This document shows, piece by piece, positions 17,708 through 25,849 of a stretch of 64,000 bases of DNA (positions are counted from its first letter, which is position 1; each line of letters opens with the position of its first letter). The position numbers and the translations under genes are program-made. The notes beneath the pieces are model-generated. The model saw only the letters and a program-made list of their open reading frames with translations. It did no database searches and was not told the origin of the DNA. The stretch lies in assembly GCA_947165685.1 (NCBI GenBank), contig CAMVBK010000009.1, forward strand, positions 2,524-66,523. The letters run 5' to 3'. Source of the stretch: an uncultured Bacteroidales bacterium (GTDB lineage Bacteria; Bacteroidota; Bacteroidia; Bacteroidales; WCHB1-69).

Positions 17708-17941
17708 TTATAAGATGCCATTGTCACTGGCCTCGATCAGGCATTGGTAGATGCCCTTCTTGTTGATGTTGCGCATGCCGTGCGCCGACACCTTGAGGTA
17801 AATCCACTCGTCCAGCTCCGGCACATAGAACTTCTTGGTGTGCAGGTTGGGTCTGAATTTCCGTTTCGTTTTGATATTGGAGTGGGAGACATTGTTGCCC
17901 ACAATCGCTTTCTTTCCGGTAATTTCACAAACTCTTGACAT
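17708..17941 (-). CDS. rpmB: 50S ribosomal protein L28
   Basis: [33 protein letters not shown] is the canonical bL28 N-terminus. The internal ATG at 17941 is preferred over the listed upstream start at 18019. Confidence 0.9.
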   Translation of the reverse strand: MSRVCEITGKKAIVGNNVSHSNIKTKRKFRPNLHTKKFYVPELDEWIYLKVSAHGMRNINKKGIYQCLIEASDNGIL

Positions 17942-18042
17942 AGTTATCTTCTTTATTTTATTATATTTCGGTTTTGATTTTTCGAGCGGCAAAAATACAC
18001 TTTTTTTTGATACGCGCAACTGCCTAACACAAAAATATTTTC

Positions 18043-18098
18043 ACCTAACCTATTAACCCATTACCCCATTAACCTATTCACCCATTCACCCATTCACC
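18043..18098. repeat. Octamer tandem array (CCATTMAC family), about 7 units
   Basis: CTATTAAC CCATTACC CCATTAAC CTATTCAC CCATTCAC CCATTCAC. The reverse complement resembles the GTTAATGG/GGGTTAGT units of the 6627 array. It abuts the glmS stop. Confidence 0.9.
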
Positions 18099-18100
18099 GA

Positions 18101-19951
18101 CTATTCCACCGACACGGACTTTGCCAGATTCCTCGGCTTGTCCACGTCGCAGTCGCGGATGACGGCCACGTGGTAGGCGAGCAGCTGCAGCGGCACGGAA
18201 GCCACCAACGGTGTGAGCAGCTCTTCGGTTCTGGGAATTTCGATGCAGAACTTCGACATGTTCTTCACGGCGGTGTCGCCTTCGGTGACCACGGAGATGA
18301 TGGTGCCCTTGCGGGCGATAATCTCTTGGATGTTACTCACCACCTTGTCGTAGGTTTTCTGTTCGGTGGCGATGACAATGACAGGCATATTGGTGTCTAT
18401 CAAGGCGATGGGACCGTGTTTGATTTCGGCGGCGGGGTATCCTTCGGCGTGGATGTAGGAGATTTCCTTGAGTTTGAGGGCCCCTTCCAGCGCCACGGGG
18501 AAGTTGACGCCGCGCCCGAGGAACATGGCGTTGGGCTTGGTGGCCACGTACTGCGCGATGCGCTGGATGTGCTGTTCCTGTTCGAGCACCAGGCGGATTT
18601 TGTCGGGGATGGACTCCAGGTCGTTGATTAGCTGGTGATACATCGACTTCGGGATGGTGCCTTTTTTCTCGGCGAGGCTCAGGGCCATGAGGGCGAGTAC
18701 GGTCACCTGCGCGGTGAACGCCTTGGTGGAGGCCACGCCGATTTCAGGCCCCGCGTGCGTGTAGGAACCGGCCATGGTTTCCCGTGCCAGGGTTGAGCCC
18801 ACCACGTTGCAGATGCCGATGACCGTGGCGCCGTGCCGCTTGCCGATCTCCACGGCGGCCAGCGTGTCGGCGGTCTCCCCCGACTGCGAGATGGCGATCA
18901 GCACGTCGTCTTCGCGGATGATGGGGTCGCGGTAGCGGAACTCGGAGGCGTACTCCACTTCAACGGGGATGCGCACCAACGTCTCGAACAGATGCTCCGC
19001 CACGAGTCCGGCGTGCCAGGAAGTGCCGCATGCCACGATGATGAACCGTCTGGCATTCAGCATCTTCTGCTCGTATTCGATGATGCCGCCCAAGGAAACC
19101 ACATCCTTCTTCAGGTTGATACGGCCGCGCATACTGTCGGTCACTGCCTTGGGCTGCTCGTAGATCTCCTTGAGCATGTAGGTGTCGAAGCCGCCCTTCT
19201 CCAACTGCTCCAAACTGAGCTCCAATTTTTGGAATTCGGGGCGTTTGAGCAGGTGCTTCTCATCGTTTATATTTCTGATTTTCAGAGGTTCGCCGCGTTT
19301 GATGACCCCTACGTCGCCGTCTTCGAGATAGACGACATCCTGGGTGTATTCCACGATGGGCGCCCCGTCGGAGCCCACGAAGTAGTTGCCGCCTGCGCGT
19401 CCGATGAGCAGCGGGCTGCCCTTTTTGGCGACGATGAGCCGGTCGGGGTCATCGACCGACAGGATGGCCAAGGCGTAGGTGCCCTCCACCATACTCAGGG
19501 CGAGCATGACGGCCTCGGGTAGCGCGAGCCCCTCTTTCTGCTGCACGCTTTTGATGAGATGCACAAGCACCTCGGTGTCGGTTTCGCTTCGGAAGACGAA
19601 CCCCTCCTGCAGCAGTTGTTTCTTGAGACTGAGGTAGTTCTCGATGATGCCGTTGTGGATCAGCGCCATGGAGCCGTCGTCGGCGATGTGCGGGTGGGCG
19701 TTCTCTTCGCTCGGCTCGCCGTGTGTGGCCCAGCGTGTGTGCGCGATGCCGGCCGTGCCGTGCGTGTCTTTCCCGGCGCAGTACTGGTCCAGCTCGTCCA
19801 CACGCCCCTTCTTTTTATACATTATTATATTATGGTCTTGCATTAAGGCCACGCCCGCACTGTCATACCCCCGGTATTCCAGTTTTCGAAGGCCGTTGAT
19901 GAGGACGCTGTAGGCTGCGTCCGTGCCGATGTATGCTACGATTCCGCACAT
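18101..19951 (-). CDS. glmS: Glutamine--fructose-6-phosphate aminotransferase (isomerizing)
   Basis: 616 aa. MCGIVAYIG supplies the N-terminal catalytic Cys, followed by two SIS domains and the C-terminal ..NLAKSVSVE. Confidence 0.95.
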   Translation of the reverse strand: MCGIVAYIGTDAAYSVLINGLRKLEYRGYDSAGVALMQDHNIIMYKKKGRVDELDQYCAGKDTHGTAGIAHTRWATHGEPSEENAHPHIADDGSMALIHNGIIENYLSLKKQLLQEGFVFRSETDTEVLVHLIKSVQQKEGLALPEAVMLALSMVEGTYALAILSVDDPDRLIVAKKGSPLLIGRAGGNYFVGSDGAPIVEYTQDVVYLEDGDVGVIKRGEPLKIRNINDEKHLLKRPEFQKLELSLEQLEKGGFDTYMLKEIYEQPKAVTDSMRGRINLKKDVVSLGGIIEYEQKMLNARRFIIVACGTSWHAGLVAEHLFETLVRIPVEVEYASEFRYRDPIIREDDVLIAISQSGETADTLAAVEIGKRHGATVIGICNVVGSTLARETMAGSYTHAGPEIGVASTKAFTAQVTVLALMALSLAEKKGTIPKSMYHQLINDLESIPDKIRLVLEQEQHIQRIAQYVATKPNAMFLGRGVNFPVALEGALKLKEISYIHAEGYPAAEIKHGPIALIDTNMPVIVIATEQKTYDKVVSNIQEIIARKGTIISVVTEGDTAVKNMSKFCIEIPRTEELLTPLVASVPLQLLAYHVAVIRDCDVDKPRNLAKSVSVE

Positions 19952-19961
19952 GTCAAGTGGG

Positions 19962-20024
19962 GTTCAAAGTTCAAAGTTCAAAGTTCAAACTCTAAGCTCT
20001 AAGCTCTAAATTCTAAGCTCTATA
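19962..20024. repeat. Heptamer tandem array in the reverse-complement orientation of the TTTGAAC/CTTAGAG units
   Basis: (GTTCAAA)x4, (CTCTAAG)x2, CTCTAAA, TTCTAAG, CTCTATA. It lies between the glmS start and the DUF4270 stop. Confidence 0.95.
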
Positions 20025-21338
20025 TTAATACGTGGAATAGGCGATTTCGAGGCGGAGGCGGGTGGGGGAGTCGAGGTGGGTGCCGTCGAGGACGAGACGG
20101 TGGGGCCGCACGCCGGAACCGCGCACAATGAGGTTGATGGAGTTGCTCCAGTCGCCCTGCTGGAGAATCAGTTGCTGCACCCATTTGGTGACGCGGAACC
20201 GATATTCGTGCTTCGAGGCGTCGTAGGTGCCACCGTAGTAGGCGACCGAGGTGTAGTAGTCGTCGTCGGGTATGAAGCGGATGGCGCTGTCAGATTTGCC
20301 GATGCCCTGCAGGGTGAGTGCGGTGGGATGGGTGAGATAGGGGTTGCTGGGTTCCATGTCGGTGACGACCAGTTCGGCACGATGGATGACCACCCGTTTG
20401 TCGAGGTGGTCGAAGGCGTGCTCCAGATTCGGGAAGGTGATGTGGGTCTTAACGCCGCCACCGCCTTGCACGTAAAGCACCTCCTGTCCGATGGCGTGCT
20501 GGTTCTGAAGCACCTCCTCCACAAAGTCGCTGCTTTGCGATGTCTCATAATTGTGACTGATGTGGGTGAAGCGGACGCACTTGTCCGAGCAGGGGAACGT
20601 GTAGCGCTTGTTCTGCTCGTTGGCATTATGGTAATACAGGGTGATGCCGGTCAGGGCGCTGGTCATGTTGGAGGTGAGCATGTAGCCTCGGTTGCCAGTG
20701 TGCGACACGGCGGTGATGTACAGCCCGGGCAGGTACCCCGAGAAGTCGTTGTTGAGTTCAGCCTGGTGGTTGAGCAGTTCCTGGCCGAACTGTGGCGACA
20801 GGCGGATGCGCATGTGCGCGTTATAGACACCGGTATCGACCACCATGGAGGTGTTGGGCCTCAAGGTGTAGCCGTTGAGATTTTGGTTGATCGGGGTCGG
20901 GTCGTGTTCCATCGTGGCGTCCTGGTGGTAGGTGGTCTCCGAGTCGAGGCTTTCGGTGAGCCGGTGCACGCGGATGCCCACGGTGGAGTTGGTGTCGCCG
21001 TAATAGCCGGAGATCTGCAGGGTGAGCACCACGGAGTCGATGGAGGGGGCTTCGCCGAAGTTGACGGCATCGCCGGCCAAGGCGAATTCCGCGTAGATAC
21101 CCGCCTCACTATCCCCGAACACGGGGTCGCTGAGATGGCCCAGGATGTTGGCCGACAGGTTGGTGGTGCTGATGGTATCCTCCAGTTCAGAGTACGCCTG
21201 CAAGGTGACGGTGTCCGTGAAGGTGGTGCCCACCAGGTTGTCGATCAGGTCGAGGCCGATGTCGGAACTTTCCCTTTTGCAGCCCGGCATGAGAAGGCAC
21301 GCTAAAAGCGCAAGGGTGCAGAGAAGAAGCTTTTTCAT
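20025..21338 (-). CDS. DUF4270-family lipoprotein
   Basis: 437 aa with lipoprotein signal LLACLLMPGC. As recalled from other Bacteroidales, it sits immediately downstream of the short glycogen-synthase-like gene. The family call is from memory of that synteny. Confidence 0.55.
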   Translation of the reverse strand: MKKLLLCTLALLACLLMPGCKRESSDIGLDLIDNLVGTTFTDTVTLQAYSELEDTISTTNLSANILGHLSDPVFGDSEAGIYAEFALAGDAVNFGEAPSIDSVVLTLQISGYYGDTNSTVGIRVHRLTESLDSETTYHQDATMEHDPTPINQNLNGYTLRPNTSMVVDTGVYNAHMRIRLSPQFGQELLNHQAELNNDFSGYLPGLYITAVSHTGNRGYMLTSNMTSALTGITLYYHNANEQNKRYTFPCSDKCVRFTHISHNYETSQSSDFVEEVLQNQHAIGQEVLYVQGGGGVKTHITFPNLEHAFDHLDKRVVIHRAELVVTDMEPSNPYLTHPTALTLQGIGKSDSAIRFIPDDDYYTSVAYYGGTYDASKHEYRFRVTKWVQQLILQQGDWSNSINLIVRGSGVRPHRLVLDGTHLDSPTRLRLEIAYSTY

Positions 21339-21347
21339 GGAATCCTC

Positions 21348-22166
21348 CTATTCGTTGGGTTGCATTTCCAACAGTTCGTCGTAGAATTCATCGTACATAT
21401 CGACATAGTTGTCGTCATCGGGGTGTTGGAGGACGGGTTTGCCGGACTTCTCGACGTAGGTGAGCAGTTTTTTCTTGATGTCCTTGGTGAGGGCGATGCC
21501 GTCGGAGTAGTCGATGGCCGCCTGGATGATCTGGTCGTAGCCGGCCTTGCGGAAGTGCTTGAGCCCGGCGGTGGGGATGTTGGTCTGCTTGAGCTTCTTG
21601 GCGAAGTTGGGCGAGAACTTGTCGGGGAACTCGTCGGGCAGGATGGAGAACACCACGCGGGTGCCCTGCAGCAGCGGGTCGTCCTTATAGACGGTTTTCA
21701 CGAAGAGCGGCACCAGGGCGGAGATCCAGCCGTGGCAGTGGATGACGTTCGGGTCCCAGCCGAGCTTGCGCACCGTCTCGATCACGCCTTTCGCGTAGAA
21801 GATGGCGCGGGAGTCGTTGTCGGGGTAGAACTCCCCGTTCTCGTCGTGGTATTGTGTCTTCCGCTTGAAGAAGTCCTCGCTGTCGATGAAGTAAATCTGC
21901 ATCCGGACGTTCTGCAGCGACGCCACCTTGATGATGAGAGGATGGTCGGTGTCCTCGATGATAATGTTCTGCCCGGAGAGCCGGATGACCTCGTGCAGCA
22001 TGTGCTTGTGGTCGTTCACGCAGCCGAATTTCGGCATGAATGTGCGAATTTCGTTCTCACGCTCCTGAATTCCCTGCGGGAGAAAACGGCAAATATTGGA
22101 GATGTAGCCCTCTGGAAAGTAGGGATAAATCTCGGGAGTGATGAATAAAACCTTCTTTTGAGCCAT
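21348..22166 (-). CDS. Short glycogen/starch synthase-like protein (GT5 N-terminal domain only)
   Basis: 272 aa. VLFITPEIYPY......I...P....E...EIR.FMP.FG is the GT5 N-terminal pattern. No GT1 C-terminal half is present. Confidence 0.75.
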   Translation of the reverse strand: MAQKKVLFITPEIYPYFPEGYISNICRFLPQGIQERENEIRTFMPKFGCVNDHKHMLHEVIRLSGQNIIIEDTDHPLIIKVASLQNVRMQIYFIDSEDFFKRKTQYHDENGEFYPDNDSRAIFYAKGVIETVRKLGWDPNVIHCHGWISALVPLFVKTVYKDDPLLQGTRVVFSILPDEFPDKFSPNFAKKLKQTNIPTAGLKHFRKAGYDQIIQAAIDYSDGIALTKDIKKKLLTYVEKSGKPVLQHPDDDNYVDMYDEFYDELLEMQPNE

Positions 22167-22184
22167 ATTTTTATTTTAAGACGG

Positions 22185-22192
22185 CAAAGATA
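22185..22192 (-). promoter_or_regulatory. Bacteroidota -7 promoter box (TAtcTTTG) for the glycogen-synthase-like gene
   Basis: The plus strand reads CAAAGATA, which is TATCTTTG on the minus strand. It lies 19 nt upstream of the ATG at 22166. Confidence 0.55.
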
Positions 22193-22252
22193 CGATTTTT
22201 TTCGATACAAAATTTTTTTTTTCAAAAGTGGTGCACCATATCAAAAAAATTG

Positions 22253-22260
22253 TATTTTTG
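22253..22260 (+). promoter_or_regulatory. Bacteroidota -7 promoter box (TAttTTTG) for tRNA-Leu
   Basis: TATTTTTG ends 13 nt upstream of tRNA position 1. Confidence 0.55.
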
Positions 22261-22273
22261 CCGCGTCTTTCAA

Positions 22274-22360
22274 GCCCAGGTGGTGGAATTGGTAGACACG
22301 CTACTTTGAGGGGGTAGTGGGAGTACTCCCGTGCAAGTTCGACTCTTGTCCTGGGCACCA
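22274..22360 (+). tRNA. tRNA-Leu (anticodon GAG), class II with a long variable arm and encoded CCA
   Basis: Acceptor stem GCCCAGG/CCTGGGC. D-loop GGAATTGGTAGA. Anticodon stem CTACT/GGTAG with loop TTGAGGG. Long variable arm. T-arm GTTCGACTC. 3' ACCA. Confidence 0.9.
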
Positions 22361-22363
22361 CAG

Positions 22364-22392
22364 AAAAGCCGTTCGTCTGAACGGCTTTTTTG
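22364..22392 (+). terminator. Intrinsic terminator after tRNA-Leu
   Basis: Stem AGCCGTTC/GAACGGCT (22367-22374 with 22379-22386), 4-nt loop, followed by T6. Confidence 0.75.
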
Positions 22393-22453
22393 CTTGATGG
22401 ACTGCGCGATTCCTCCCGTTCAAAAAAAAGTCGCGTCTGGATTGGAAAAATCG

Positions 22454-22461
22454 TACTTTTG
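22454..22461 (+). promoter_or_regulatory. -7 promoter box (TActTTTG) for the oxidoreductase gene
   Basis: TACTTTTG lies 11 nt upstream of the ATG at 22472. Confidence 0.5.
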
Positions 22462-22471
22462 CGGCTCGAAA

Positions 22472-23980
22472 ATGATGAATACGAAACATGTCCATATCAT
22501 CGGGGGCGGTGTCGGCGGCCTTTTCACCGCCGCGCTCCTTGCCAAGGAGGGTTTCCGCGTGACCGTTCTGGAACGCAGCCCCCACCTTGGCGGCGGCCTG
22601 CAGTCGTTCACCCGTCGCGGGGTGGCCTTCGACGCGGGCATGCATATCGTGGGCGGCCTCTGCCCCGGCGGCTCCCTTCACCGTATCTGCCGCTATCTCG
22701 GCATTCTGGACGAGATTTCCTACCGTCCCGTCGATGCCGACTGCATGGACGAGGTCTTCTGCTTCGCCGACGGGCACACCTACCGCATCCCGCAGGGGCG
22801 CGAGCCGTTCGCGGAGTTTTTCCAGCGCACTTTCCCGGGGGAACGGGAGGCCGTTCGCCGCTACACCGACCGTCTGTTCGGTATGGCCGAGCAGGTCGAT
22901 TTCTTCTTCCTGCGCCCCGGCAGCGAGTCGGGACCGGGCTCCGATCCTGCGTTCTACCAATCGTCCGCGCAGCTCATCGCCGACCATGTCCGCGACCCGC
23001 GCCTGCGCAGTCTGCTGGCCTACCTCAGCCCGTTATGCGGCGGTGAGGCCGGTCACACGCCCGCCTACATCTTCGCTCTCATCAACTATCTGTATGTCAC
23101 TGGTCAATTCCGTTTCGAGGGACCGGCCGAGCAACTGGCCGACGCCCTGGTGCGTCGCATTCGGCAGTGGGGCGGCGAGGTGCTCGTCAATGCCGAGGTC
23201 ACGGGAATCGGATTTGAGGACGGGAAGGTGAAAACGCTCGCCACCGCCGATGGCCGGGTCTTCGAGACGGATGCCGTTGTTTCGTCCATTCATCCGCAAT
23301 CGTTATTGAAAACGATTGATGGACAGTTGTTTACGAAGGCAGCGCGGAACCGTTTGGCCGCTGCCCCGAACAACTATTCGGCCTATTGTGTCTATGTGGT
23401 GCTGAAGGAGGGTACGTTCCCCTACATCAACCATCCGTGCTATTGCCTGGATCGTTACGAAGATGTGTGGGAGTTTGGCCGGTATGTGCCGGAGAGATGG
23501 CCGCGTAGTTTCGTCTATTACACGCCGTGCGTGCGTGGACAAGGGCCGTATGCCCGCGCCCTGCAGGTGTTCGTCTTTTCCCCGTTCTCGATGTGCGAGC
23601 GCTGGGCGGGCACGACCGTCGGGTGGCGCGGCGCGGAGTACGAGGAGTGGAAAGCACTACACACAGATCTGATACTGAGAAAGTTAGAACAAAGGCATCC
23701 AGGTTTCCGCGCGCGCGTGGAGGCGGTCTATGACGCCACCCCGCTGACCATCCGCGACTATTTCAACGAACCGGAAGGCGCGCTCTACGGCCTTCGCAAG
23801 GACAGCCGCGACCCATACGCCGGCTATCTCCCGCTCCGCACCAAGGTCGGCAACTTCTTCATGACCGGCCAAAACGTCTATCTGCACGGTTGCTGCGGCG
23901 TTCCCCTCACCGCCGTGATGACCGCCGAGGCGGTGATGGGAGAGAAGGACGGGATCGTGAAGAAGATTTGTGATGAGTGA
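22472..23980 (+). CDS. NAD(P)/FAD-dependent oxidoreductase, phytoene-desaturase/amine-oxidase superfamily
   Basis: HIIGGGVGGLFTAALLAKEGFRVTVLERSPHLGG is a dinucleotide-binding fold. The start is moved to the ATG at 22472 because the listed GTG at 22331 lies inside the tRNA. Confidence 0.75.
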   Translation: MMNTKHVHIIGGGVGGLFTAALLAKEGFRVTVLERSPHLGGGLQSFTRRGVAFDAGMHIVGGLCPGGSLHRICRYLGILDEISYRPVDADCMDEVFCFADGHTYRIPQGREPFAEFFQRTFPGEREAVRRYTDRLFGMAEQVDFFFLRPGSESGPGSDPAFYQSSAQLIADHVRDPRLRSLLAYLSPLCGGEAGHTPAYIFALINYLYVTGQFRFEGPAEQLADALVRRIRQWGGEVLVNAEVTGIGFEDGKVKTLATADGRVFETDAVVSSIHPQSLLKTIDGQLFTKAARNRLAAAPNNYSAYCVYVVLKEGTFPYINHPCYCLDRYEDVWEFGRYVPERWPRSFVYYTPCVRGQGPYARALQVFVFSPFSMCERWAGTTVGWRGAEYEEWKALHTDLILRKLEQRHPGFRARVEAVYDATPLTIRDYFNEPEGALYGLRKDSRDPYAGYLPLRTKVGNFFMTGQNVYLHGCCGVPLTAVMTAEAVMGEKDGIVKKICDE

Positions 23981-24025
23981 CGAGTGATTTGTGATTTGTG
24001 ATGTGTAATGAGTGATGAGTGTTTT
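23970..24025. repeat. Heptamer tandem array (GTGATGA family), 8 units, beginning inside the last codons of the upstream CDS
   Basis: GTGATGA GTGACGA GTGATTT GTGATTT GTGATGT GTAATGA GTGATGA GTGTTTT. This is the reverse complement of the TCATCAC/TCGTCAC-type units at 6700-6826. The TGA stop at 23978-23980 lies in unit 2. Confidence 0.95.
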
Positions 24026-24105
24026 GTTTCGTTATATTTATTCCTTGAAAGCCCTGAAAGGGCGTCCTATGTCAGCCCAGGGTGAGCGTTAGCGAGCCCT
24101 GGGGC

Positions 24106-24180
24106 GAATGAATGAAATGAATAAAATGAATAAAACGAATGAAATGAATAAAACGAATAAAACGAAACGAAACGAATAAA
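24106..24180. repeat. Irregular A-rich tandem array (GAATAAAAY / GAAAY units)
   Basis: GAATGAATGAAATGAATAAAATGAATAAAACGAATGAAATGAATAAAACGAATAAAACGAAACGAAACGAATAAA. The period varies from 4 to 9 nt. Confidence 0.85.
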
Positions 24181-24202
24181 TAGACCAAAACAAACAAATA
24201 AT

Positions 24203-25027
24203 ATGATGAAAAGAAGACCGATTAATACAGGAATCGTTGTGTTGACCGTATGTATGGCGTTGTGTGTTGGCAGTGTTTCCGCCCAGCGTCTCACGGAGTT
24301 TTTGCCCTCGAAAGGATGCGTCACGCGACCGGTCGACACCGCCGTGGTGGTCTGTCCCGGCGGCAGCTACTACTGGTTAGCGAAGCGCGGCGAGGGCTCC
24401 GAGGTGGCGCAGTGGCTGAACGCCAACGGCTACGCGGCCTATGTGCTCGAATACCCGGTTTCGGGCTGGTGGTCGTGGTTCACGCACATCCGCCGGAGCT
24501 GCTGCACGCAGTATCCCGGACAGCTCGATGCGCTGGCTGACGCCCTGCGCACCGTCAGGGCGAAAGGCTATGCGACGGTGGGTGTGATGGGCTTCTCCGC
24601 CGGCGGTCACCTGGTGCTCAGCGGCGCCGAGCTGCTGCCCGATAGCACCGCTCCCGACTTCGTGGCGGCCCTCTATCCGGTGGTCACCATGCGCGAGCCC
24701 TACGTGCACAAGCGCTCCCGACGCGGGCTTTTGGGCGAACGCCGCAGGCACGACCCCGCGATGCAGGACTCGCTCTCCATGGAGCTCCACGCCGATCGGG
24801 TGTGCTGCCCCGTCTTCCTGCTCAGCTGCGACGACGACCCCACGGTGGACTGGCACAACGCCGCCATGATGGCCGACTCGCTGTCCGTTCATGGCAAGCG
24901 GCACCGCATCCTGCGGCCCGCGACCGGCGGCCACGGCTTCGGGGTGAACCCGGAGAAGATGGCCGGCAAGGAGTGTGCCGTATGGCCCGCCGCCTTCCTG
25001 CGCTGGCTCCGGAACGAGACGCGGTGA
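24203..25027 (+). CDS. Secreted alpha/beta hydrolase (esterase/lipase-like)
   Basis: 274 aa with a signal peptide. GFSAGGHL is the nucleophile elbow (GxSxG). A distal D and H (..GGHGF) are also present. Confidence 0.7.
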   Translation: MMKRRPINTGIVVLTVCMALCVGSVSAQRLTEFLPSKGCVTRPVDTAVVVCPGGSYYWLAKRGEGSEVAQWLNANGYAAYVLEYPVSGWWSWFTHIRRSCCTQYPGQLDALADALRTVRAKGYATVGVMGFSAGGHLVLSGAELLPDSTAPDFVAALYPVVTMREPYVHKRSRRGLLGERRRHDPAMQDSLSMELHADRVCCPVFLLSCDDDPTVDWHNAAMMADSLSVHGKRHRILRPATGGHGFGVNPEKMAGKECAVWPAAFLRWLRNETR

Positions 25028-25029
25028 GC

Positions 25030-25085
25030 GCTCAAAGCTCAAAGCTCTCAGCTCCCAGTTCTCAGCTCTCAGCTCTCAGTTCATT
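25030..25085. repeat. Heptamer tandem array (GCTCAAA/GCTCTCA family), 8 units
   Basis: GCTCAAA x2, GCTCTCA, GCTCCCA, GTTCTCA, GCTCTCA x2, GTTCATT. It starts 3 nt after the hydrolase stop. Confidence 0.95.
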
Positions 25086-25109
25086 GTCGGGGCATATCCG
25101 GAATTTGTG

Positions 25110-25117
25110 TATTTTTG
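25110..25117 (+). promoter_or_regulatory. -7 promoter box (TAttTTTG) for the HAD hydrolase gene
   Basis: TATTTTTG lies 26 nt upstream of the ATG at 25143. Confidence 0.5.
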
Positions 25118-25142
25118 CGGCTCATCTAAAAGAGCATCGGAT

Positions 25143-25769
25143 ATGATAACAGACGGGATCACCCACATAGCCCTTGACATGGGCGGCGTTGTGCTCCACA
25201 TCGACCACGAGCAGGCGGTGGCGCGCTTCGAGGAGATTGGCGTGGCCGACGCCCGCCGCTTCCTCAACCCCTACCACCAGCAGGGGATTTTCGGCCAGCT
25301 GGAGGGCGGCCTGATCGACTCGGTCACTTTTGTGGACGTGTTGAGCCGCTTTGTCGGCAAGGAGTTGACATACGAGCAGTGCCGCTATGCGTGGCTCGGC
25401 TACTTGGGCGGGATCCCGGAGCGCAACCTGTCGGCCCTGCGGCGGCTGCGGCGCGAGGGCTTCCGGATCTGCCTGCTCTCGAACACCAACCCCTTCTTTT
25501 TCGAATGGGCGGAAAGCGGGGCGTTCGACGGCTGCGGCCACTCCATCCGCGACTATTTCGACAGTCTCTACGTGAGTTTCCGCTGCCGGATGCTGAAGCC
25601 TACGCGCGAGATTTACGAATATGTGCTTCGTTGCGAGGAGATTCGGCCGGAACAGCTCCTCTTCGTTGATGACAGCGAGCGCAACACGGAAGCCGCCGCA
25701 CAGTTGGGCATCCGGACGCTCCACGTGGAGACGAACGGGGACTGGGCCGCAAAATTGTTCGGCAAGTAG
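25143..25769 (+). CDS. HAD-superfamily hydrolase (subfamily IA)
   Basis: LDMGGVV approximates HAD motif I (DxxGV). LLSNTN is motif II. FVDDSERN is motif IV. The internal ATG is chosen because the listed upstream extension is translated repeat sequence. Confidence 0.7.
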   Translation: MITDGITHIALDMGGVVLHIDHEQAVARFEEIGVADARRFLNPYHQQGIFGQLEGGLIDSVTFVDVLSRFVGKELTYEQCRYAWLGYLGGIPERNLSALRRLRREGFRICLLSNTNPFFFEWAESGAFDGCGHSIRDYFDSLYVSFRCRMLKPTREIYEYVLRCEEIRPEQLLFVDDSERNTEAAAQLGIRTLHVETNGDWAAKLFGK

Positions 25770-25794
25770 TCTGGTCAAGGTTCCCAATATTTTG

Positions 25795-25802
25795 TATTTT
25801 TG
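25795..25802 (+). promoter_or_regulatory. -7 promoter box (TAttTTTG) for the PaaK-like ligase gene
   Basis: TATTTTTG lies 48 nt upstream of the ATG at 25850. Confidence 0.45.
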
Positions 25803-25849
25803 CGCCGCTTTTTTTTCAGGGCGGAAGCCTGAGTGTTATATAATATTGT

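Noticed and set aside
18020-18100. Possible glmS ribozyme or other riboswitch near glmS
   Set aside because: This interval is downstream of glmS (minus strand) and consists of the octamer array plus the rpmB promoter. The actual glmS leader (19952-20024) is entirely heptamer repeat and has no ribozyme-like core.
22331-22471. 5' extension of the oxidoreductase ORF from the GTG at 22331
   Set aside because: That start codon lies inside tRNA-Leu, and the extension spans the tRNA terminator and the TActTTTG promoter box. The Rossmann fold begins right after the ATG at 22472.
24067-24339. 90-aa minus-strand ORF containing FYSFYSFHSFYSFYSFHSF
   Set aside because: The periodic peptide is just the translation of the A-rich tandem array (24106-24180) and the REP-like hairpins. 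It also overlaps the 5' end of the alpha/beta hydrolase gene.
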